DNA of 64,000 bases from a virus, in IMG/VR virus record IMGVR_UViG_3300045978_000284, positions 1 to 64,000 of that record; one strand, 5' to 3'. Position 1 is the stretch's first letter. Each line of letters opens with the position of its first letter. Position numbers and translations under genes: made by a program. The notes beneath the pieces are model-generated. The model did no database searches. It was not told where the DNA came from and saw only the letters and a list, made by a program, of their open reading frames with translations. This document shows, piece after piece, positions 9,440 through 19,467 of this stretch.

Positions 9440-10062
9440 GGGTCAACGTGTATGCCGAGGAGCTGCCGGTGGAGCGGCGCGTCGAGGCCGTGTCCACCAT
9501 CGCGGAGACCGGGCGGACGTTCTTCGGGGCCCGGATCTATCTGCAGAGCGCGGCGGCGCTGCACGATCGAGCCGGGGACGACGACCGCTCGGCCATCACC
9601 TTCTGGGGCCCGCGCATCCGGGTCGCCGCCCTGCTGCGCGAGGCGGCCGACGTGCTCAGCGAGCATGTCAACAACGACGGGTGCTGGGAGCTCCGCGATG
9701 AGATCGTCAAGATTCTGGTCGGCACGACCTTCCATGTTGCCGGCGGGGTGCTCGATCAATGGGCCGGGCTGCAGGCCGACGAGATCATGTCGCACATCCG
9801 CCCGCTGGCCCAGGAAGTCAACCGGCTCCGCGCCTGGGTCGACGACCTCCAGGCGGGCATGTACATCAATTGCGTGTACTGCGGCCATCGCTACGGCCCG
9901 GATGACCGCGTGCCCGCCACCATGGCCGAGGCGCTCAAGGAGCACATCGAACAGTGCCCGTCGCACCCCATGTCCGCGCTCAAGGCTGAGCGAGATCGAC
10001 TGCTGCAGGAGCTGGCCGACGCGCAAGCCCTGGTGCGCTGGACGGGCCCATCGAAGCCATGA
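9436..10062 (+). CDS. Hypothetical protein with a C-terminal Zn finger
   Basis: AGGAGG RBS; CVYCGH...HIEQC motif. Confidence 0.6.
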   Translation: MRVNVYAEELPVERRVEAVSTIAETGRTFFGARIYLQSAAALHDRAGDDDRSAITFWGPRIRVAALLREAADVLSEHVNNDGCWELRDEIVKILVGTTFHVAGGVLDQWAGLQADEIMSHIRPLAQEVNRLRAWVDDLQAGMYINCVYCGHRYGPDDRVPATMAEALKEHIEQCPSHPMSALKAERDRLLQELADAQALVRWTGPSKP

Positions 10063-10221
10063 CACCCGTTCGACGCACCACCATCCGCTGCCGCCGCTGT
10101 GGCTGGAGGACGTTCGCCGTCTATCGGGACGCGCTCGGGCGCGTGCGTGACGGCAAGGCGCAGCTGGCCCATCATCGCCGTGCCGTCCACGCCAAGACCC
10201 TTCACCCCTGAGGAGATCTCT

Positions 10222-10581
10222 ATGCGCAGCGCGATGCGGCCCGCGGCGATCCACGAGACGGCGCTTGGCGTGAGTCTGCCGGCCGGGCAGTGGGTCACGG
10301 TCCTGACGGTCGATCTCTCGGCCCATAGTCACGCCTCCTGGAGCGCCCGGAACGTGGGAGCGACCGTCATCACCGACTCGAAGCTCGAAGTGAGCCCGGT
10401 GGCCATGGACGCCCCGGACGAGGAGTGGTTCGATCATCCGCAGCAGGCCGCGAACCTGAGCAACATCGCGGTCGGTGCGTGGGGGACCGGATCGGGCTCG
10501 GAGGTCTCGTACCGCTACCATCGACTGCGGATGCGGTCGACGAGCGGCTCGATCGTCAACGCGTATGTGGACGCTCGGTGA
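10222..10581 (+). CDS. Hypothetical beta-rich protein
   Basis: AGGAG RBS; open frame with GC3 bias. Confidence 0.55.
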   Translation: MRSAMRPAAIHETALGVSLPAGQWVTVLTVDLSAHSHASWSARNVGATVITDSKLEVSPVAMDAPDEEWFDHPQQAANLSNIAVGAWGTGSGSEVSYRYHRLRMRSTSGSIVNAYVDAR

Positions 10582-10597
10582 AGGACTCGTTGTTTCC

Positions 10598-12847
10598 ATG
10601 ACCACCCAGGATCGCGGCTCGATCTTCCTCGGCATCACCCCGGGCCCGGCACGGGAGTACCTGCTGAGACTCTTCGAGCGGGCTCGAGACCGCTACACCC
10701 GGGTCATCGTCCCCTGCGTCGGCCGCTTCGCCGGCCCGCTGATGGCCATTCGCGCCGGCTACCGACCCGACCAAGTCGAGGCCTCGGACATCTCGCTCTT
10801 CTCCAGCCTGATCGGCTACCTGGCCTCGGACCAGGACGTGCGCCAGCTCTACGTGCGCTCGACGGTGCCCGTGCCCGGCCTGACGGCGATCCTCGAGACC
10901 TCGGACGGCCTCGACTACGCGGCCGCGGCCATGGTGTGCCTCAAGATCGCGACCTTCAAGTCCAACAATGCCTACCAGGCGATGGTGCACGACGATCTCC
11001 GGCGCGACTGGGAGCGCCACTACGCCAAGGCCAGGAAGAACCTCCAGACGCTGGTGGCCGAGCTGAAGGGCATCACCTACCGGATGGCCGATCTCTTCGA
11101 CGAGATCGACCAGGCGCGCGAGGACGCGAGCACCATCGTCTTCTGTAACCCGCCCGCGTATAAATGCTTGGCGCCATCGCATCGCATCCTGACTGCCGAC
11201 CTGCGCTGGGTGCCCGCCGGCGATCTCCGCGTGGGGGATCAGCTGCTCGCGTGCGATGAGCGGCGGTCCTCGGGCCACCGGGCCCGCCACTTCCAGTGGT
11301 CGGTGGTGACGCGCTCGGAGCCTGGCCGAGCACAATGCGTTCGCGTCCACCTGGCCAACGGCGACACGATCACCTGCACAGCGGACCATCCCTGGCTCGG
11401 CAGCTGGCTCGTGCCAGGGCACCCCTTCACGTCACCGCGGTGGATCGAGGCGCAGGTTCTCGCCTCGGACCAGCTCTTCGCGGGCACGAGTAAGTACGGC
11501 ACCTATGTCGTCAAGCCCCTCGACGTCTGGGGCGAGCTTCATGGTTATGACGACGGCTGGCTGGCTGGGATGTACGACGGCGAGGGGCACGTGTCGCTGG
11601 GCACCGACCACGCTCAGGTGATGCTCTCCCAGAAGCCGGGCCAGCTGCTGGACCGGGCTCTCGAGCTGCTACGCGCCAGAGGCTTTTCCCCGGGCGTGCA
11701 ACTGGCGGAGAAGGCCCACGTCGCAGGGATCCATTCCCTGAACGAGACGCTGCGCTTGCTCGGCACCTTGCGCCCGGGTCGCCTCCTCGCCAATCTCCGC
11801 GCGAAGGACATCGGCCGCCAGACGCTGCGCATCCGCCGTTCTCACCCCCTCGTGCAGGTGGTCCAGGTAGAGCACATCGGCGAGCAGGACATCCAGTCGA
11901 TCACGACGTCGAGCGGCACCTACTTCGGCGAGGGCTACGCTCACCACAATTCCGGCTACTCCAAGCAGTTCGATACCCACGGGCTCCTGGAGTGGGCCGA
12001 GCCCGCGGTCGAGCAGTTCGATTCTTCGGGCGTGGCGCACGAGCGCATTCAGTACATGGCGGAGCGCTCGAAGGGGCTCGTGCTCTACTGGCGGATCAGC
12101 CAGATGATCGCGAACGACGTCTCCCGGGCCGTGTGGGCCTTGACCAAGCCAAACTTCACCGAGTACCTGCTCTGCAACCGACCGGAGGAGGCGCGCGCGC
12201 TGTCGGGCGGCACGGTGGTGTCGATGCCGAAGCTCGCCCTGTCCTCCCCCAACCATCCGGTGTGGGGCACCGCCGATGACCGGATCACGGCGGCGACGTC
12301 GGTGGCGATCGTCCAGACCGATCGGGAGACGGCGCTCTACTACCGGGATCTCTTCGCCCATGGCCTCGGGGCGACGGATGCCCGGCAGTTCTATCTCGTG
12401 CTCCTCGACAACAAGGTGTTCGGCGCGTTCGCGCTCCACCCGGAAAGTTTCTTCCGTGGCGAGCCCTATAAGTGGCAGGCCGAGGGCGACCCCGATCTCT
12501 ACCTCTTCGAGAACTTCGGCTTCAACGCCTCCAGCCCGCACTACTCGCGGCTGAACCGGCTGCTCATGATGTTCATCACGAGCGAGGGGTTCCGGGACTT
12601 CTGGCTGGCGCGCCGGCAGACGTGGTCCTTGTGGGACCCGGCGGGGATCACCACGGTGTGCCTGGCCAAGTACCCCGAGGTCAAGGTGAACCGGGGGATC
12701 CTCCAGCTCAAGACGCGCGAGCAGATGGAGGACGGCCGCTACCACCTGCACTACGCGACCAAGTGGCACCCGGGCTCGCTCCACGACCAGCTGGTGCGCT
12801 GGGTCGCCAAGCACGGCGCGATGAGCCTCGAACCGCAAGAGACATGA
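10598..12847 (+). CDS. Adenine DNA methyltransferase-like protein (NPPxY) with an intein and an extra C-terminal domain
   Basis: IVPCVGRF (degenerate motif I), ASDISLFS, FCNPPAYK; the intein interrupts right after the NPPxY motif, spliced form NPPAYKSGYSKQF. Confidence 0.75.
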   Translation: MTTQDRGSIFLGITPGPAREYLLRLFERARDRYTRVIVPCVGRFAGPLMAIRAGYRPDQVEASDISLFSSLIGYLASDQDVRQLYVRSTVPVPGLTAILETSDGLDYAAAAMVCLKIATFKSNNAYQAMVHDDLRRDWERHYAKARKNLQTLVAELKGITYRMADLFDEIDQAREDASTIVFCNPPAYKCLAPSHRILTADLRWVPAGDLRVGDQLLACDERRSSGHRARHFQWSVVTRSEPGRAQCVRVHLANGDTITCTADHPWLGSWLVPGHPFTSPRWIEAQVLASDQLFAGTSKYGTYVVKPLDVWGELHGYDDGWLAGMYDGEGHVSLGTDHAQVMLSQKPGQLLDRALELLRARGFSPGVQLAEKAHVAGIHSLNETLRLLGTLRPGRLLANLRAKDIGRQTLRIRRSHPLVQVVQVEHIGEQDIQSITTSSGTYFGEGYAHHNSGYSKQFDTHGLLEWAEPAVEQFDSSGVAHERIQYMAERSKGLVLYWRISQMIANDVSRAVWALTKPNFTEYLLCNRPEEARALSGGTVVSMPKLALSSPNHPVWGTADDRITAATSVAIVQTDRETALYYRDLFAHGLGATDARQFYLVLLDNKVFGAFALHPESFFRGEPYKWQAEGDPDLYLFENFGFNASSPHYSRLNRLLMMFITSEGFRDFWLARRQTWSLWDPAGITTVCLAKYPEVKVNRGILQLKTREQMEDGRYHLHYATKWHPGSLHDQLVRWVAKHGAMSLEPQET
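11165..11950 (+). mobile_element. Intein (262 aa) with a LAGLIDADG homing endonuclease motif
   Basis: N-terminal CLAPSHRILTAD, block B TADHPW, GWLAGMYDGEG, C-terminal AHHN followed by Ser+1. Confidence 0.92.
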
Positions 12848-12877
12848 GACTCATGACGCAGCGTTCCACGTGAAACC

Positions 12878-13639
12878 ATGAGCAGCCTACCCAAGCCCGA
12901 GATGCTGCTGGCGCTGCCCGAGGGGTTCGAGATCTGGCGGATCGCCCCGGCGCTGTTGCGGGAGCAGGACAAGAACGCGCGGGTGCTGTCGTCGCCGATG
13001 TTCAAGAGCCTGGTGCGCAACGTCCAGGCCCGCGGGGCGCTGGAGTCGCTGCCCCTGGTGCATCGGGAGCACACGACCTTCTCAATCATCTCGGGGCACC
13101 ATCGGGTGCGCGCGGCGATCCAGGCGGAGCTGCCGACCATCATCGTCCTGGCCGACCCGATGGCGCGGACGCGCTCGGAGATCGTGGCCAAGCAGGTGGC
13201 TCACAACGCGATCCAGGGGAGCGACGACACCGAGGTCCTGCTCCAGCTGATCGATCAGATCATCGACGTGGATGCCCGCATCGAGGCGGCCATCACGCGC
13301 CAGGAGGTGGAGGATGCCGCGCGCCGGGCGGTGGCGGTCCAGGACATCAAGGTGTCGATGGATTGGAAGATCGTCACCTTCTCGTTCCTGCCGACCCAGG
13401 TGCGCGACCTGGAGCAGCTGTCGGCCCTGATCCCGGAGTCGTCGTTCCTTGGGGCGCTCCCCATTGACCAGTACGATGACTTCCGACGAACGATGCAGGC
13501 GCTGTCGAAGGCGGAGGAGATCCGCTCGGTGAGTGCCCTGATCTACCGGATGATCGAACTGACCAAGGCGCACCTGGAGGGCCTCCCGCCGGCGCCGCCT
13601 GCCGAGGAGCCGGCGAAGAAGAAGCGGGCGAAGCGATGA
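12878..13639 (+). CDS. ParB/Srx-like N-terminal domain protein (adjacent to the methylase)
   Basis: LLREQDKNARVL..SLVRNV..IISGHHRVRAA..AHNAIQG. Confidence 0.8.
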   Translation: MSSLPKPEMLLALPEGFEIWRIAPALLREQDKNARVLSSPMFKSLVRNVQARGALESLPLVHREHTTFSIISGHHRVRAAIQAELPTIIVLADPMARTRSEIVAKQVAHNAIQGSDDTEVLLQLIDQIIDVDARIEAAITRQEVEDAARRAVAVQDIKVSMDWKIVTFSFLPTQVRDLEQLSALIPESSFLGALPIDQYDDFRRTMQALSKAEEIRSVSALIYRMIELTKAHLEGLPPAPPAEEPAKKKRAKR

Positions 13640-16600
13640 GGAAGAGCCGCGTGCAGTTCGCGCACGTTGAGCCCCGTGGTCGCGAGCCGATGACGGACGA
13701 TCGCGCACCATGGATCGCCCTGCGCGACCGCCAGGACGGGATCGACGGCCTGGCCGAGATGCGCTGTGACCGTTGCCAGACGCGGACGACCGTGCAGGCC
13801 GGCATCGAAGCAGAGCAATTCTCTGCGGTGATGACCACGTTTCTGCGGGTGCACCGGAAATGCCCGGACCTGTCGAGCCTCCGGTCGTAACTCATGTCCC
13901 GGACCCATTCGGCTGGCTCCAGCCGGAGCCATGGTGCTGTCCACGGTGCGGGCTCGAGATCGTGACGAAGGACGCCTCGCCGCGCTGTGCGCGCTGCGGC
14001 CACAAGGAGACGGAATGACGAGGCTGCGGGTCTTCCAGAACTGGCTCCGGGACGTCCTCTTCGGAAAGCCGGTGGACCTGGTGTTCCCGGGCGATCCGGA
14101 TCCTGTGGAGACGGCGCTGGTGCTCTCCTGGGAGCTGGTGAACACGGTGCTGCGCGAGGGCGACGTGGGCTGCCCCGCGCACCGGCTGCCGCTGTCCCGC
14201 TGCATCGAGGACCATCGCGCGACGTTCCAGGAGTGGACCGAGCGGGCTGGGACGCCGCCGGAGGTGCCTGTAGACCCGTTGCTGGAAGAGGCCTGGGGCA
14301 TCATCGCCAACGCGGGCTGGGGCGACTGGTCCCGGGAGAGCCCGGAGTGGCAGGGCGCCGCGGCACGGTGGCGCAAGCGCTATCACGAACGGCTCGATGT
14401 GCCGCGACCGCTCCCGACCCCATGACGGTTCCCTCGAAGTGCCAGGCCTGCAAGGCGCCGGTGTCGTGGAAGCGGACGCCGGCGGGTCGCTTCATCGGCG
14501 TGGACCCCGACAAGCTCTCGTTGCGGCTGGTGCCGATCGAGCAGGCGACGCCGGACGAGATTGCCGCGGGTCGCCGGCGCACCATCGTGCTCGACACCCG
14601 CAAGTCCGAGCTCGAGATCGGGATCGAGCTGCCGTCCACGCTGGATCCGGGACGCCGGGCGATCGCCGTCTCGGGCTACGAGGCGCACTGGACGGTGTGC
14701 CCGGCCGCGAGGAGGGAGTCATGACCATGCAGGAGTTCCTCGAGGTCACCGAGGGGGAGCCGCCGATCCAGCTGATCGACGGCCGCATGGGGCTCATCAC
14801 GAGCTGGACCGAGGAGCTCGTCCTGGTGACGATCCCCGGCGAGGAGAACCACGTCGAGCTGCCATGGGCCCGACTCGCGCATGTGGGCGGCGGCGCCTTC
14901 GCCGAGAGGCCGGCCTGATGCCACGCCCGAGCGGCGGTGAATGTGCGCGCCTCCCGTGCCTGACGGGCTTTCGCCGCGTCGGGCCGGACGAGGCCGCCCA
15001 CATACCCGGGCCGTGCTCCATCCTGGGGGTGCTGCTCATGGTGAACGAGGGTCGCGTCGTCGTGACCGACGAGGCGTGGATGGCTGGCGGTCAGCTGCTG
15101 GCGACCGACATTGGGTCGGAGACCGAGGTGGAGCTGACGGTGCAGGACGAGCCCCGTCTCCTGTCCTGCCCTGTGGCGCTGTCCATCGTGCGCGCGTGCG
15201 GAGGGAGGCTGCGGATCCCCTTCGACCTGCTCCGCCGCCGGTCTGATCGGAACCTGGTGATCTCGGCGTACCGCCGCTTTGCTCAGGCCGACACCGTCAT
15301 CACCCTGCGCCGGCGCCGGCCGCGCCAGGTCGCCACGCCATGAAGGCGGTCTGGTTCGGCCCGGCGACCCGCATGTGGACGCACATCATTCCGAACGATG
15401 CCACGCTGTTCCAGCGGATGGCCCTGATCGGCGGTGAGCACGCCATGTCCGAGATGTGCCGGACGATCCTGCCCTCGGCGGGGTGCATGTGCGGCACCTA
15501 CCGGTTCCACCAGCTGGTGACCACGACGCTCATGATCCCGGCGGGCATCCGGTGGGGGCTCCACCTCGCCGGCGGGACCATGCCCTACACGCTCTACGAC
15601 TGCGCGTGCGGCCTGGCCGCGGCCTGGCACCGCTGGCCGACGTTCGAGGGCGACGCGCTGATCGTGGAGGACGACACGTTCTGGCTTCCGTATGGACCCG
15701 ACGCTGTCCCGAACCTGGAGGAGCTGCGCCAGCTGCGGACCACGCTGGTGGAGACGATGATCGCGATGGCCAGAGGCAGAGCCGCCTCCGGTGACGACTA
15801 CGGCCAGGACGAGGCGGATGGTGCTGCCTGCCGGGCCATGGCGAACGCGCTGCGGGCGGCCAGGAAGGACACCCCATGAGCGCGCGCCGCAAGCCGCTGA
15901 CCATCGTCTGCACGATCGACCAGTTCAAGGTCGGGGATCCCCCGCCCACGGGCTACCTGGACTGGTTCGAGTGGGCCTCCGTCCAGTCCCGGGCGGGCAT
16001 CCGCCAGGAGCGCCGCCGGTGCGGCCGGTGGCATTTCACCAACGAGCCCCCCTGCCGGGGTCACGCATGAGCGCGCTCGTGCCCGAGATCCCGCCCGACC
16101 TGGTGGCTGACAAGCGCGTGGTGCTGGATCTGCTGGAGGACCTTCGCGCGGCCTGGGAGAAGATCCTGAACGACTACGCGGCGGGCCGGACCAGCGCCGG
16201 AAACCTCCAGACGGAACGCGGCGGGGTGCGCTACGTGGATGCCTGGCTGGCGCTCCACAACCTGTTCAAGCTCGGGCTCGACAACCTGGTGGCGGATGCA
16301 GGGCTGAAGGGCGAGCAGGCGTCCCTGGTCTACCTGGGTGCCGCCGAGACCTTCACGAGGGCGATGCGCAAGCGGGCCGACGAGGTCCTCAAGGAGGCCT
16401 GATGTACCGCGTGCTGATCCAGTGCGACAACATCCCGGAGCACCGCCAAGAGATCCACTACGACGCCCCGAGCCTCGAGGACGCCCAGCGGTACGCCGGC
16501 CTCCTGGACGGGTCGAGCCCGCTCTACAAGTACCCGCCGCGGGAGGATCCGGACGCCCAGATCGGCCGGTGCGGGCTCTGCGGGTCGCTCTTCACCTGCA

Positions 16601-17198
16601 CGGTGCAGGAACCGACATGAAGCGTCTCCGCGGGATCCACCTGCCCCAAGTGGGTGCGGCGCCCCAGATCCCGGTGTGGCAGGAGCCAGAGGGGGTCCGC
16701 ATCGACAACCTGGGGCCCTTCGGCCCGGACGCGGCGACCCGGCTCCGGGACTGGCTCACGCGCTACCTGGAGGGGCTCTACCACGAGGAGAAAGCCACAG
16801 AGCGAGGGACGCGATGATGGGCCCCTGCCTCTGCGGCCACGCTCCGGAGGAGCATGCCGCCGGCGCTGACCGGCTGATCGAACCGGCGTGCCGCGGGCTG
16901 GTGACCTACGACGGCAAGGAGGAGCTGTGCCCCTGCGTGCACTACGAGGAGGACCGGGATGGCTGATACCGTAACGCGACGGACGCGCTGTACCGACCCG
17001 ATCCCCCACCTCGGGGGCCGCGTGCGGATCGCCCCGCGACTCGGGCGGGACGGGCAGGTCTACATGAGCGACCCACGCTCGCCCTCGGGCACGGTGCTCG
17101 CCATCGCCGATGATGGCCGCCACGCGGTGCTCTGGGACGGCCTGGACCGGGTGGAGTGGCTGCGGGAAGTCATGCTGGTCGACACGTGCGATTCTTGA
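13636..17198 (+). CDS. Cluster of ~14 small overlapping hypothetical proteins, many with CxxC motifs
   Basis: Chain of ATGA/TGATG-coupled ORFs (e.g. starts 13636, 14015, 14422, 14721, 14918, 15340, 15876, 16067, 16402, 16617, 16814, 16959). Confidence 0.55.
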
Positions 17199-17212
17199 GG
17201 TGCCTGGGCTCC

Positions 17213-17650
17213 ATGACGCGACTCGCCATGGTCCTGGGTGTCGTCCTGGCTCTGACGGTGCCATGCTCCGCTCCGCCGGCCAGGGCGACCCACTCCGAAG
17301 CCTCCACGCCTGCTCCGCCCGATCCCGGGAACCTGCCGACCTGCTGGCCGCCCGGGATGGAGCCTGACGTCCTGATCACGGCACCCCTCTCGGGCTCGAC
17401 CGTCCGGGCGGCTCTGGTCACGCCCGTCGCGGTCAACCTCTCGGGCGGACTCACGGGGGTGGCCAAGATCACCCTGCACGTCAACGGAGCCCAGAAGGCG
17501 ACCGACCTCAGCTCGCCCTATGGCTTCTCCTGGAAGCCTGCGGGGTCCCTGGTGGGCACGGAACCGGTCCTGGAGGTGCGGGCCTGGAACAGCAAGGCCA
17601 TGGTGGTGGCCACGGACCGCATCACGGTCCTGGTCCTGGGGAGGGACTGA
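17213..17650 (+). CDS. Secreted Ig-like (Big_7-type) domain protein
   Basis: Signal peptide MTRLAMVLGVVLALTVPCSAPPARA; VLITAPLSGSTV..LHVNG..DLSSPYGFSW..LEVRAWN. Confidence 0.7.
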   Translation: MTRLAMVLGVVLALTVPCSAPPARATHSEASTPAPPDPGNLPTCWPPGMEPDVLITAPLSGSTVRAALVTPVAVNLSGGLTGVAKITLHVNGAQKATDLSSPYGFSWKPAGSLVGTEPVLEVRAWNSKAMVVATDRITVLVLGRD

Positions 17651-18683
17651 TGCCGCGATCTCCGGCCACGTTCAGGCTCGGTCGCTGCGGCTGGTGTCGT
17701 CGCTCGATCAAGAAGAATTATACCGGCGGGATGTGGGTCCATCGCCTCGATGGGCGCACGTGCCCGGGGTCCGGGCACACGGAAGGGGACGGCGAGATCC
17801 TCCGCAAGCGCCGCGAGGATCAGGCATCGGGATGCGCCGCCTGGGAACACCCGGCATGAGCCGCCGGAAGCGCCGGCAGTCGAGGAGCTTCGTGCTGGTA
17901 CCGGTCGGCGTCTGCTTCTGTTGCCGGGCGACGACGGGTGGTCCCTGATGCAGAAACGCGAGCTGCGGCCGACTGTGAAGCGCCGCGCCACGGTCTGGTG
18001 GTGCGCCCCCTGCCAGCGCCGGGTCTCGAAGTTCAACGACGCCTGCCCGGCTGGACACCCGAGGCCTGGGCCGACGCTCGTGCCCCCGCCCGCCCCACCA
18101 CCTGCCACGCCATGACCCTGATCACCACGGTCCTGATCGGCGCGGTGGTGTTCTTCGGAGGCCTGGCCCTCCTGGAGTGGCGCGCCGGCCGCACGCTGGA
18201 TGACCGTGATCGCCTGGAGGCCCACCGCCGGGCCCTGAAGTGCCTCCTCCTGGGATCGGTGGCCCTGGCCATCTGGGCCCTCGTCCACCTGGTGGTGGAG
18301 TGAAGAAGCGGCGCCGCGGCTACAAGCCGGTCCCCGCCTACCGGACGCGCCCGGGCTACCGGAGGTCGGAGTACGGCAACCGGATCAAACGCTGCCTGGA
18401 CTGCCTGCGCCGCACGAAGACGCTGGAGGACGCCCGCGCCCTCGGCGAGCGCGAGGGGTTCGTGACCACCACGCTGATCTGGTCCTACGCGCTCCGGGTC
18501 TTGTTCGACGCCCGCGAGACCCTCGGCGTGCCGGCCCCCTCGACCAAGCGCGGACCGCGTACCAAGCCGATTCCCGGTCGCCCGCCCTCGGGACGCCCCA
18601 AATGGAAATACACGCCGACCGGGCGCCCGATGGGTCGCCCGCGGAAGCCGCGTCCGCCTGATGGAGTGACAGGTGATGGCTGA
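17650..18683 (+). CDS. Small hypothetical proteins (Zn-ribbon 17650-17859; two-TM protein ending 18303; basic protein 18300-18683)
   Basis: Coupled ORFs; hydrophobic segments LITTVLIGAVVFFGGLALL and LLLGSVALAIWALVHLV. Confidence 0.5.
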
Positions 18684-19467
18684 GAGCCAGCCCGAATACG
18701 CCATGGAGGAGTCCGGGCCCACGGCGCTGCCGGCCGATGTGCTGACCGGCCCCCGAGGAAAAGGCGAGGATGCGCACGCTAAACGCCTGCAAATACAGAT
18801 CGAAACGCGCGAGCAGAATCAGCGCAAGTTTGGCTGGAAGTACCCTTACGTTCGCTGGCCCAAACCGCCGAAGAAAGAACCCAAGAGAGGACGGCGCAGC
18901 CAGTTCGATGAGTTTGTCGCTCAGGAACTCATAGCATCGCGCTCGGTTGGCTTGCCGTTCGGCGACTGCGCGAGGATCGTCGGCATCTCGCGTCGGACGC
19001 TGATGGGCTGGATGACGAAGGGCCGGCGCACGCAAGAGGAGCCGCTCTACTCGTTCCAGCTCGCCATGCGCGGCGCCTTCGCCAAGTGGAAGCGCTCGCT
19101 CCTGGCTGCGGCCACGCGCGAGGCGCTCGCGGAGGGCGGCGGTAAACTCGCGCTGGAGATGCTGGCGCGCATTGATGCCCAGCATTTCGGCCGGAAAGAC
19201 GCGCTCCGGGTGCAGCCGGTGAGCCCGGAGGATGATGTATCATGGCCGGCGCCACCGGCGCTGGGGGAGGTGATCGAGGCCAGTGTCGACGACGGAAGCA
19301 GCGGCAGTCTCCCGGCCATCGTTGAGCAGCATGCGCAGGCGTTTGGCGACCACGATGCCCGCGAACTCGCTAGCGCTCTGGCTCTGGTGTCGAAACGTAA
19401 TGGGGTTCAGAATCCCCCTGGCCCCGATCTGCCCGGACCACGTATCACCATTCGCCGCACTGAGTGA
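18676..19467 (+). CDS. terS: Terminase small subunit (HTH)
   Basis: GLPFGDCARIVGISRRTLMGWM HTH, LEMLARIDAQHFGRKD; immediately upstream of TerL. Confidence 0.7.
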   Translation: MAESQPEYAMEESGPTALPADVLTGPRGKGEDAHAKRLQIQIETREQNQRKFGWKYPYVRWPKPPKKEPKRGRRSQFDEFVAQELIASRSVGLPFGDCARIVGISRRTLMGWMTKGRRTQEEPLYSFQLAMRGAFAKWKRSLLAAATREALAEGGGKLALEMLARIDAQHFGRKDALRVQPVSPEDDVSWPAPPALGEVIEASVDDGSSGSLPAIVEQHAQAFGDHDARELASALALVSKRNGVQNPPGPDLPGPRITIRRTE

